64,000 nucleotides of DNA, taken from NCBI GenBank assembly GCA_033762915.1, contig JANRLD010000042.1, positions 96,001 to 160,000 of the forward strand, written 5' to 3'. Under the pieces are notes generated by a model, which saw only the letters and a list, made by a program, of their open reading frames with translations, was not told the DNA's origin and made no database searches. The translations under genes and the position numbers were made by a program. Positions 56,197 to 64,000 of the stretch are shown here, one piece after another. The stretch's first letter is position 1. Each line of letters starts with the position of its first letter. The DNA is from Meiothermus sp. (GTDB taxonomy: Bacteria; Deinococcota; Deinococci; Deinococcales; Thermaceae).

Positions 56197-57558
56197 ATGG
56201 ACTCGCCCTATGCGCACCTCGCGGTCTTCGACGTCGGCAAGACCAACCTCAAGTTCAGCCTGCTGGACGGGGCCGGTCGGGTGCTCTACGCCACGACCAC
56301 CCCCAACCACGTCCAGGGCGGGCCGCCGTACCCGCACTACGACACCGAGGCCATGTTCGACTGGCTCAAGGGCCAGCTGCGGCAGGCCAGCCCCCGCCCG
56401 CAGGCCGTCGTGGTCACCACCCACGGGGCCACCGGGGCGCTGATGCGCGGCGACGCGCTGGCCCTGCCCGTCCTCGACTACGAGTTTCGCGGGCCGGAAT
56501 CGGTGGCCTACCCCCGCCCAGGGTTCGCCGAGACCGCTTCGCCCGCGCTGCCGGGCGGCCTCAACCTGGGCCGTCAGCTCTACTGGCAGCAGCAGACCTT
56601 CCCCGCCGAGTTCGCCGGGGCCGACACCTTCTTGATGTACCCGCAGTACTGGGCCTTCCGGCTCTGCGGTGTCCGGGCCACCGAGGTCACCTCCTACGGG
56701 GCCCATACCGACCTCTGGAACCCCTACGCGGCCGACTTCTCCTCGCTGGTGAAGGACCAGGGCTGGGCGCGGCTGCTGCCCCCCACCCGGCCCGCCTGGG
56801 CGGTGCTGGGGCCGCTGCGGCAGGAGGTGGCCCTCGAGGTCGGCTACGACCGGCCTTGTGACGTTTTGTGCGGCGTTCACGACTCCAACGCCTCGCTGGT
56901 GCCCTACCTGGGCGGCGACCGGCCCACGGTGGTCTCGACCGGTACCTGGGTCATCAGCTTTGTGGCGGGTGGGAGCCTCGAGTACCTGCGCGAAGACCGC
57001 GACCTGCTCGCCAACGTCAACATCCTTGGCCAGGCCGTCCCCACCGCCCGCTATATGGGCGGGCGCGAGTTCGCGGCGATCCTGGACGGGGAGATGCCTG
57101 CCGACGCGGGCTGGGGCGACCTCGAGGCCGTCCTGCGCGTCCCCGTCTTCGCCGTGCCCGGCTTCTGCGACCAGGGCGGCGCGTTCATGCGGCATGCGGG
57201 CTGCTTCCTGCCCGAGCGGCCGGCCGATCTGCGGATGCGCTACGCCCTGGCCTCGCTCTACTCGGCCCTGATGGTGGACTTGCAGCTGGAGTGGCTAGGC
57301 TCGAGCAACGACGTCTTCATCGAGGGCTCGTTCAGCCAGAACCCCTTCATCCCCGCCCTGCTGGCGGCCTTAAGGCCCGGCCAGAGGGTGTATGTCTCCG
57401 GTGAGGCCTCGGGCACGACGCTGGGGGCCTTCCACCTCGCCCACTGGAACCGGCACAAGGCCAGGCCCGAACAGACGCTGGTGAAGGTGGCGGGGCTCGA
57501 GGGGCTCTCCAGCTACCAGAGCGCCTGGCGCGAGAAGGCCCTGGCACTTCTGGGATAA
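56197..57558 (+). CDS. rhaK: FGGY sugar kinase, rhizobial RhaK-type
   Basis: FDVGKTN.K, TTHGA, LPVLDYE, GLNLG.QL, YPQYW, HTDLW, GVHDSNASL, STGTW, ARYMGGREF. Confidence 0.82.
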   Translation: MDSPYAHLAVFDVGKTNLKFSLLDGAGRVLYATTTPNHVQGGPPYPHYDTEAMFDWLKGQLRQASPRPQAVVVTTHGATGALMRGDALALPVLDYEFRGPESVAYPRPGFAETASPALPGGLNLGRQLYWQQQTFPAEFAGADTFLMYPQYWAFRLCGVRATEVTSYGAHTDLWNPYAADFSSLVKDQGWARLLPPTRPAWAVLGPLRQEVALEVGYDRPCDVLCGVHDSNASLVPYLGGDRPTVVSTGTWVISFVAGGSLEYLREDRDLLANVNILGQAVPTARYMGGREFAAILDGEMPADAGWGDLEAVLRVPVFAVPGFCDQGGAFMRHAGCFLPERPADLRMRYALASLYSALMVDLQLEWLGSSNDVFIEGSFSQNPFIPALLAALRPGQRVYVSGEASGTTLGAFHLAHWNRHKARPEQTLVKVAGLEGLSSYQSAWREKALALLG

Positions 57559-57636
57559 GGGATGGGGGCGCGAGAAGGCCGACCACGGGGGCGGCCTGCG
57601 CTTGACTCTTGCCCGCGCGGTCTCGAGAATACCCTC

Positions 57637-58347
57637 ATGCTTATAGGAGTTACCGCCCAGGTTCGCACCGTCGGCGAGTTGATGCGCTACCGCTTCTGGG
57701 GCCTGCTCGAGCCCTACCTGCAGGCCCTCGAGGCCCAGGGCGCGAGCGTGGTATTGATCCCCCCGCAGGAGCCCGAGAAAATCCCCGCACTGCTGAGCAG
57801 GCTGGACGGCGTGCTGTTGCCGGGCGGCGTGGACATAGACCCGGTGCACTTCGGCGAGGAGCCCATCGCGGAGATGGGCGAGGTCAGCCTGGGGCGCGAC
57901 GCGCTCGAACTGGCCGTGGCTCGCTACACCGCCCAGCACGGTATCCCCACCCTGGGCATCTGCCGGGGCATCCAGGTGATGAACGTGGCCCTGGGCGGCA
58001 GCCTCTACCAAGACCTGCCTGCGCAGGGCTTCCGGGGCTTGCAGCACTACCAGAAGTCCGAGGCCCCCACCCTGGCCCACTTCGTCGAGCAGACCGACCA
58101 GAGCCCGCTGCGCCAGTACGGGCCCCGGATGCGGGTCAACTCCTACCACCACCAGGCCATCAAGGATCTCGCGGCAGGGCTGCGCCCGGTCGCGGCGGCC
58201 TCGGACGGGGTGGTGGAGGCGGAGATGCTCGCGGGCCACCCCTTCTACCTGGGTGTGCAGTGGCACCCCGAACTCCTGCCCCAGCAGTGGGGCATCTTCA
58301 GGGCGCTGGCCGAGGCAGCGGAGCAGCGGCGCACCACGCCGGTCTGA
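57637..58347 (+). CDS. Gamma-glutamyl-gamma-aminobutyrate hydrolase family (peptidase C26, PuuD-like)
   Basis: LDGVLLPGG.DIDP, GICRG.Q, VNSYHHQA, GVQWHPE; leaderless promoter TTGACT...GAGAAT. Confidence 0.92.
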   Translation: MLIGVTAQVRTVGELMRYRFWGLLEPYLQALEAQGASVVLIPPQEPEKIPALLSRLDGVLLPGGVDIDPVHFGEEPIAEMGEVSLGRDALELAVARYTAQHGIPTLGICRGIQVMNVALGGSLYQDLPAQGFRGLQHYQKSEAPTLAHFVEQTDQSPLRQYGPRMRVNSYHHQAIKDLAAGLRPVAAASDGVVEAEMLAGHPFYLGVQWHPELLPQQWGIFRALAEAAEQRRTTPV

Positions 58348-58380
58348 GGTCTGGGGGCGCTAAGGTGGTCGCGTCCTACC

Positions 58381-59544
58381 CTACCCGCTGGCCGCGTCAG
58401 TACTCAGCGGCAGCCTCACCGTGAACGCCGCCCCGCCCCCCGGCGCGTTGCCGGCCGTCACCCTGCCGCGGTGGGCCTGCACCAGGCCCTTGACAATGGC
58501 CAGCCCCAGCCCCGAGCCGCCCGACTCCCTGGCCCGCGCCTCGTCGGCCCGGTAGAAGCGGTCGAAGAGGTGCGACAGGTGCTCCGGGGCGATGCCGGGG
58601 CCGCTGTCGGTGACCTCCAGGACCGCCCAAGTGTCCTGCCGACTCAGGCTGACAACGATCCTCCCGCCGTCTGGGGTGTGGCGCAGGGCGTTCTCGAGCA
58701 GGTTGTAGAGAATCTGCTTCACCCGCTCGGGGTCGGCCCTGAGCTGGATGCTCTGGAGGCGCGGCTCGAGCACGATGCCCTTCGTGTCGGCCTTGGTCTG
58801 GAACGAGGTCAGGACCCCGCCCACCAGCTCGCCCAGGGCCACGTCCCGGAGGTTCAGGCTGAGCTGTCCGGCCTCGACCAGCGAGATCAGGCGCAGGTCC
58901 TGCACCAGGCGCTCGAGCAGGTCTACCTCCTCGACCAGCCGCCCGAAGACCTCCGGCTTGGACTCCAGCAGTCCGTCCTGCAGCGACTCGAGATCGCCCT
59001 TGAGCACCGTGAGGGGTGTCCGCAGCTCGTGGGCGATGTCGGCGACCATGCGCCGCTCGCGCTCCTCCCGCGCGTTAAGCTGGTCGGCCATCTGATTGAA
59101 GGAGGCGGCGAGCTGGGCGATTTCGTCGCCGCCCCGCACATCGGCCCGCGCCGCGCGCTCGCCCGCCGCGTAGCGCCGGTGAATCTCGCTGAGGCTGCGG
59201 ATGGGGCGCACCAGCCGGAAAGCCAGCAGTCCCCCCACCGCCAGCGCCGCCCCCAGCGCCAGCAGCGCGGTCTGGGCCTGCGAGGCCTGCAGCCGCCGGA
59301 TCAGGGCCAGCCGGTCGCGCTCGGGCGGGGGGCCGCGAAAGCTCCGGTTGGGCGCACCCGTGTACTGCGGCGGGCGGCGGTCTTCGCGGTCTCGGGTCGT
59401 CTCGGGCCGCTCGATCAGCCCTTGATCCTGCAAGAACCGCTGCACGTTGCCCTGCACCGCCCGGCTCCCCAGCACCGCGCTGATCCCCGCCGCGAACAGT
59501 GCGACGAGGACGAAGGAGAGGATCAGGCGGAGGGTCAGGCGCAT
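58381..59544 (-). CDS. HAMP sensor histidine kinase (BaeS-like)
   Basis: 2 TM segments, HAMP DEIAQLA..FN.M, HELRTPL, NLLENA, DSGPG, FYR, GSGLGL. Confidence 0.95.
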   Translation of the reverse strand: MRLTLRLILSFVLVALFAAGISAVLGSRAVQGNVQRFLQDQGLIERPETTRDREDRRPPQYTGAPNRSFRGPPPERDRLALIRRLQASQAQTALLALGAALAVGGLLAFRLVRPIRSLSEIHRRYAAGERAARADVRGGDEIAQLAASFNQMADQLNAREERERRMVADIAHELRTPLTVLKGDLESLQDGLLESKPEVFGRLVEEVDLLERLVQDLRLISLVEAGQLSLNLRDVALGELVGGVLTSFQTKADTKGIVLEPRLQSIQLRADPERVKQILYNLLENALRHTPDGGRIVVSLSRQDTWAVLEVTDSGPGIAPEHLSHLFDRFYRADEARARESGGSGLGLAIVKGLVQAHRGRVTAGNAPGGGAAFTVRLPLSTDAASG

Positions 59545-59586
59545 AAGGGCGTCGGGAAAGGAGGGGAGAAAAGGGACGGCAAAGCT

Positions 59587-60297
59587 TCAGGGGGTTTCTC
59601 TTTCCTCCATCCTCCTCCCCCTATCCTCCGGTTTGGCCAGCCGATACCCCACCCCCCGCACCGTCTCGAGCCGCTCCCCACACGGCCCCATCCTGGCCCG
59701 GAGGTTTTTGATGTGGGCGTCCACGGTGCGCTCGTCGAGGTAGGCTTCGCCGATGGTGTCGAGGAGTTCGGCCCGGGTGAAGGCGCGGCCCGGGTGGGCG
59801 GCCATGCGGGCCAGCAGGCGCAGGTGGATGGGGGTGAGGGGCAGGGGCTCGCCGTTGCAGCGGGCCTGGAATGCCTCCAGGTCTATCTCGAGGTCGCCTA
59901 GCTTGTAGTGCTCCGGAGGCCGGACCGCGCCCTTGGCGCGCCGCAGCGCGACCTTGACCCGCGCCACCACCTCTCTAGGGCTGAAGGGCTTAAGGATGTA
60001 GTCGTCGGCGCCGAGCTCGAGGCCGATCAGCCGGTCCATCTCCTCGACCTTGGCGGTCACGAACAGCACCGGCACCTCCGACTCGCGGCGCACCCGCCGC
60101 AAGACCTCGAGGCCGTCGAGCTGGGGGATCATCTGGTCGAGCAGGATCAGGTCTGGGTTGGCGGCCCGCCACAGCTCGAGGGCCAGCTTGCCGTTGCCCG
60201 CCCGCTCGGTGCGGAACCCGTCGGCACGCAGGTAGCGCTCGAGCACCTCGGCGATGCGGGGCTCGTCCTCCACGATCAAGATCAGCTCGCCTGCCAT
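59587..60297 (-). CDS. OmpR-family response regulator (BaeR-like)
   Basis: VEDE, LLD, GADDYILKPF, RTVDAHIKNLR, TVRGVGY. Confidence 0.95.
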   Translation of the reverse strand: MAGELILIVEDEPRIAEVLERYLRADGFRTERAGNGKLALELWRAANPDLILLDQMIPQLDGLEVLRRVRRESEVPVLFVTAKVEEMDRLIGLELGADDYILKPFSPREVVARVKVALRRAKGAVRPPEHYKLGDLEIDLEAFQARCNGEPLPLTPIHLRLLARMAAHPGRAFTRAELLDTIGEAYLDERTVDAHIKNLRARMGPCGERLETVRGVGYRLAKPEDRGRRMEERETP

Positions 60298-60303
60298 TGT
60301 GCC

Positions 60304-60741
60304 CTAGTTTCGCACACCCCAGCCCGGATGCCCCTTCGTGAAGGCCAGCCCCAGCATCCCCACAAAGGCCAGCAGCCCCGGAGCCAGCGCGGGGGCCGCC
60401 CCGCTCATCACCTTCCACAGCATCGGCCAGCCGGTCAGGCTGGGCGCGACCTCGCGCACCACCTCGAGGTTGCCCCGCAGGTGAAACCACACGCCTAGGG
60501 CGCTCACCAAAAACAGCAGCCCCATCACGCCCTGAAAGGCCCGCAGCACCCGCGGCCCGGGCCAGCGCCGGACCGCCAGCAGCCCCGCCAGGGCCAGCCC
60601 CGCCATCCCGAAGGGGATCAACTGGGTGAACTCCTGGGTGTGCTTGGCGAAGACCAGCTCGAGCGGCGTAAACACCGTCGCCAGCAACGCGATGCCCCAC
60701 AGCAGGAGGCGCAGGTGGGCGGCGATGGGGGGCTCGGCCAT
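60304..60741 (-). CDS. Four-TM membrane protein, hypothetical
   Basis: Hydrophobic segments; LEL...H, GVWFH, GAAPALAP. Confidence 0.7.
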   Translation of the reverse strand: MAEPPIAAHLRLLLWGIALLATVFTPLELVFAKHTQEFTQLIPFGMAGLALAGLLAVRRWPGPRVLRAFQGVMGLLFLVSALGVWFHLRGNLEVVREVAPSLTGWPMLWKVMSGAAPALAPGLLAFVGMLGLAFTKGHPGWGVRN

Positions 60742-60743
60742 GG

Positions 60744-61190
60744 CTAGAACGTCCAGTACCGCTCGAGCTTCGCCACCTCTGCCGAGCCGTACTTCCTGAG
60801 CAGGTGGGTCTTTATCGCGGCGGCGTCCTTATAGCTGCGGCCCGCGACGATGTACTCGGCCATCGCCTTGTCCACCCCCTTGAGGGCGGTGAGCTGGGCC
60901 TCGGTGGCGGTGTTGGGGTTGGTGGGGACGAAGAGGTACTGTAGCCAGGCCGTCACCTGAGCCTGATCCACGTATTTGCCTAGCTCGCGCCTGAACTGCT
61001 CGACGCTGGCGTAAGGGCGGTACTCCTTGAACTCGCGCAGCATCCGGGGGCCGGTGTTGGGGACGGCCAGAAGTTGAGCGTCGGTGGCGGTGTTGAGGTT
61101 TACCGGGAAGTCCACGGTGGTCTGGGCCGAGGCCAGGATGCCGAGCGCCAGCAGGGCCAAGATTGACAGAATGGCGGCGAAATTTCTCAT
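60744..61190 (-). CDS. Secreted helix-hairpin-helix domain protein
   Basis: Signal peptide; VNLNTAT...VP..G....REF.EYRPY...QFRRELGKY; second repeat NPNTATE. Confidence 0.8.
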   Translation of the reverse strand: MRNFAAILSILALLALGILASAQTTVDFPVNLNTATDAQLLAVPNTGPRMLREFKEYRPYASVEQFRRELGKYVDQAQVTAWLQYLFVPTNPNTATEAQLTALKGVDKAMAEYIVAGRSYKDAAAIKTHLLRKYGSAEVAKLERYWTF

Positions 61191-61207
61191 ACCATTGCCT
61201 CCTCGAG

Positions 61208-61813
61208 TCACCCGGCCTGCCACATCATCACCACCACCACCAGCGTCCCGGCCAGTGCGGTGAGCATCGCGGCCCTGCGGGTCTTCTTGAAGAACAGCGA
61301 GAGGGTGAGGCCGGTCAGGGCCACCAGCAGCAGGAAGCCGCCCGAGAGGTCGATCAGCCAGGCCCACGCACTCCCGGCGTCGCGGCCCCGGTGCAGGTCG
61401 TTGAGCACCGCCACCGGGCCCTGGGCGGTCACCTTGAGCGTGTAGCTGCCGTCCTTAATGCTGATGAAGGCGTCGGCGGCGTAGGCCGGTGCGCGGAAGC
61501 TGATCGAGGCCTCCTGATCGTCGGCGCGGGTGTCGCTGACGCTGCCCTTGAGGTTGTACCTGGCCCGCAGCGTCTCGGCGGTCTCGAGCCAGTTGACCTG
61601 CGAGTTCCGCTGCCAGCTTTCGGGCAGGGTGCCCTGGTAGCTGCTGACCCGCTCGGTGCTGCCGAAGAGCCAGTCGGGGTGGTTGAGGGTGACGCCAGTA
61701 GCGGCGAAGAACAGCACCACCAGCAGGCTGATCATCGAGGTGTAGAGGTGCAGCCAGCGGGTCAGGGCGTAGACCTGTGTCCGGAGGGGGTGGTGGGGCT
61801 TGGTCTTCTGCAT
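61208..61813 (-). CDS. PepSY-associated TM helix protein (PepSY_TM_like_2)
   Basis: RWLHLY.S, FFAATG.TLNH.DW, LNDLHRGRD.G..W.WLID, LTG. Confidence 0.9.
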   Translation of the reverse strand: MQKTKPHHPLRTQVYALTRWLHLYTSMISLLVVLFFAATGVTLNHPDWLFGSTERVSSYQGTLPESWQRNSQVNWLETAETLRARYNLKGSVSDTRADDQEASISFRAPAYAADAFISIKDGSYTLKVTAQGPVAVLNDLHRGRDAGSAWAWLIDLSGGFLLLVALTGLTLSLFFKKTRRAAMLTALAGTLVVVVMMWQAG

Positions 61814-61829
61814 GGCCTCGGTTCCGCCC

Positions 61830-62360
61830 CTATTTACCATAGGTGAGCGTCACCTCCTTGAGCTCACTGCCCACGGCGTAGGTCTTGCGGAGGTCGGCCG
61901 GGCCCAGCGCCACCTTCTCGCGGAACAGCTCGTAGGGGCCGTGCTCCCGGGCCATCTCCACGCACACGTAGTAGTCGCCCTGGGGCATCAGGTTGCCCCA
62001 GTCGTCCTTGCAGTTCCAGCTCAGGGTGTAGACGCCAGACATGCGGGTGGAGCCGGTCACGGTAGGGTCCATATCGTCGTTGCGGTACCAGCGGCGCAAC
62101 TCGTTGAGCCAGCGTTGCCCCCGGCCCGAGCGGTCGAACCACAGGGCCAGCTCGCGCACCGGCTTCCCCTGGGCGTTCTCGACCCACACCGCCACGTAGG
62201 GCGCGCGGTTGCGCCCGCCGCTGGGGATGGCGATCTCGAAGTTGATCTCGAGTTTTCCGCCAAGCTTGGCCTGGGCCAGGCCCTTGCCCGCCCACAGCGT
62301 AAGCACCAGACCTGACGCTCGATAGATGAAGCTTCTCCGGCTGATATGGCTCTTCTTCAT
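61830..62360 (-). CDS. DUF2271 domain protein, predicted FMN-acceptor with Tat signal
   Basis: SRRSFI twin-arginine motif; PYVAVWVE, WL.ELRRW, D..VTGSTR, E.AREHG. Confidence 0.88.
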   Translation of the reverse strand: MKKSHISRRSFIYRASGLVLTLWAGKGLAQAKLGGKLEINFEIAIPSGGRNRAPYVAVWVENAQGKPVRELALWFDRSGRGQRWLNELRRWYRNDDMDPTVTGSTRMSGVYTLSWNCKDDWGNLMPQGDYYVCVEMAREHGPYELFREKVALGPADLRKTYAVGSELKEVTLTYGK

Positions 62361-62364
62361 AGGA

Positions 62365-63267
62365 TTACCTCAGTCGCTTGAGCCCCTGACTGCCCCACTG
62401 CCTTCCGTCCGCGTCAACGATCAGGGCGTCCGCCCCGCACCGCTCTGCCAGAGCCTGGCCTTCTTCGGGCTCGAGCACGCACAGCGCGGTCGCCAGCACG
62501 TCGGCGGCGGCGGCGTTCTCGGCGACCACGGTGGCCTGGGCCACGCGCCCCACCGGCCGGGCAGTGCGCGGGTCGAAGAGGTGCCGCCCGCGCTGGGTGT
62601 GGCCGCTGGTGGCGACGCCTCGGTCGCGGACGCGAAGTCGGGCGATGGTGGGGGCGTTGTCGGCCCGCGAGAAGGGGTGGGCGACAGAGACCTCGAGGGC
62701 GTTTTCCCCCTGGTGACACAGGTCGCCCCCCAGGTTAACCATCACCCCCCGAACCCCCTCGATGCGCAGCGCGGCCGCGGCCGCGCGGTCGGCGATGTGC
62801 CCCTTGGCGAACGAGTTGAAGTTGAGGCTGAGGGCGGTGAGCCTGACGGGGCGGCCGTTCTCCCAGCCCCACAGCGGGGCCTGCAGGGCGGTGTGGATGG
62901 GCTCGAGTTCGGCCTCGTCTGGGTCGGGGTTGCGCCGGTGCAGGTTCTGCACCGCGTCCACCGCCGGGTTGAAGGCCCCGCCGGTCCGCTCCATCCAGCG
63001 CTCGGCCTCGAGCAGCAGCCAGGCCAAATCTGGCGAAACTTCCGCCAGTTGGCCCTGCTGCCAGCGGTTCAGCTCGCTGTCCGGCAGGAAGCGGCTGTAG
63101 ACGGCCTCGAGGCGCTCAATCTCGGCGAGCGCCTGGGCCTCGGCCTTCTGTGCAGCCTGACGGCTCGCGCCAAGAACTTGAAGCTCGAGGGCCGTCCCCA
63201 GCACACCCTCGAACCGGGCGTGGTGCCGATAGGGCTGTCTCAGGGCGCTGATAAAGGCGAGGGGCAT
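62365..63267 (-). CDS. apbE: FAD:protein FMN transferase
   Basis: LGT, S.F.PDSEL, TGGAFNP, AKGHIAD, NLGGDL, VATSG, HLFDPRT, ADVLATA. Confidence 0.92.
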   Translation of the reverse strand: MPLAFISALRQPYRHHARFEGVLGTALELQVLGASRQAAQKAEAQALAEIERLEAVYSRFLPDSELNRWQQGQLAEVSPDLAWLLLEAERWMERTGGAFNPAVDAVQNLHRRNPDPDEAELEPIHTALQAPLWGWENGRPVRLTALSLNFNSFAKGHIADRAAAAALRIEGVRGVMVNLGGDLCHQGENALEVSVAHPFSRADNAPTIARLRVRDRGVATSGHTQRGRHLFDPRTARPVGRVAQATVVAENAAAADVLATALCVLEPEEGQALAERCGADALIVDADGRQWGSQGLKRLR

Positions 63268-63483
63268 AAGAGGTCTCTTAACCGCCGGACAGTATCCGGG
63301 CCAAAGGTAACTGTACGGTAAACGGAATGTGTAGGTTTGGTGAAGGGGAAGCTATTTGAGGGCGGTCCTGACGAACTCGAGCAGCAAAGGCTTTGTCCTA
63401 AACTGCAAAACGCTGCCCAGGAACGCCACGGTTGCCCCCGCTGATCTCGCACACCCTGGCGCAACTTGGTTGCCTGCGCTACT

Positions 63484-64000
63484 TCAAAGGTTCAGCCCAA
63501 TGTCGAACGTCGTGGCGTAGCCCGAGCCGCTAGGGGTAAGGCTGAGCAGGAGTTGGGAGCCACCGTTGCGGTAGATGTTGTCGGTGGCGTTGCGGGTGCG
63601 GCTGCCTGGTTTGGCGTAAGGGGCCTGGGCCAGCACGCGGTCGTTGAGGGACTCCTCGAAGAAGAGCTGGGAGGTAAAGTCGCGGCCCTGGAAGCGGATT
63701 TTGAAGTGGATGTGGACGGCGCGGCCCGGATACCAGCCGGGGTAGATGGTCTGGAACTGCGCGATGCCCTGGGCGCCCGTGGTCTGAAAGCCGCGCAGCC
63801 ACTTCTGCCCGCGGGTGTCGCCGAAGCGGTCCCGCACGTCGGAGTAAAGGCCCTCAGCGTCGCAGTGCCAGATGTCCACGATTGCGCCGGGGAGCGGAGC
63901 GCAGCCGCTACTGGCGACCCTCGAGACCAGGAACCTCAGGGTCAGCGGCACCCCTGGCCTTACCGTGCCGGTGGCCGGGTCGGAGCGCACGTCCGAGCGG
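63484..64000 (-). CDS. Intradiol ring-cleavage dioxygenase-like protein (C-terminal part; start is outside the window)
   Basis: RSD, GVPLTL, VDIWHCDA.G.YS, LRG.Q.T, TIYPGWY.GRAVHIH, TSQLFF. Confidence 0.9.
   Translation of the reverse strand, partial: RSDVRSDPATGTVRPGVPLTLRFLVSRVASSGCAPLPGAIVDIWHCDAEGLYSDVRDRFGDTRGQKWLRGFQTTGAQGIAQFQTIYPGWYPGRAVHIHFKIRFQGRDFTSQLFFEESLNDRVLAQAPYAKPGSRTRNATDNIYRNGGSQLLLSLTPSGSGYATTFDIGLNL

Overview
High-GC chromosomal segment from a Deinococcus-Thermus bacterium, most likely a Meiothermus/Calidithermus-type Thermaceae. The evidence is an RNA polymerase omega subunit starting MAEPGID, split PutB/PutC proline enzymes, leaderless-type TANNNT promoters and very frequent CTCGAG. 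It is mostly a run of catabolic and metal/redox operons: (1) a sugar/glycoside locus (enolase-superfamily dehydratase missed by the ORF track, two CUT1 ABC systems, atypical GH13, GH29, SDR, SIS isomerase, FGGY kinase); (2) a GntR-putB-putC proline operon interrupted by an ACT protein and a glycoside hydrolase; (3) rpoZ; (4) an inositol (iol) operon with three IolG paralogues; (5) an MntR-regulated Mn ABC operon; (6) nrnA and sufCBD-Rieske; (7) a lipoprotein copper-radical (galactose oxidase-like) enzyme and an M23 peptidase; (8) a rhizobial-type rhamnose ABC/rhaM/rhaK operon with an inserted ribitol dehydrogenase-like SDR; (9) an ApbE-DUF2271-PepSY flavinylation cluster with a two-component system. 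Intergenic DNA is rich in small repeats: a TA-bounded MITE family (one copy nested in another), several REP classes, degenerate heptamer arrays and a recurrent GCG-CTAAA-GCG micro-insertion. The most notable observations are a putC-derived, proline-rich 25-codon mini-ORF coupled to the inserted glycoside hydrolase, the CTAAA micro-insertion and MITE system, repeated cargo-gene insertion into conserved operons, and a signal-less ApbE next to a Tat-exported flavinylation target. No rRNA, tRNA, CRISPR array or transposase was recognised. All calls come from reading motifs by eye; no database searches were run.
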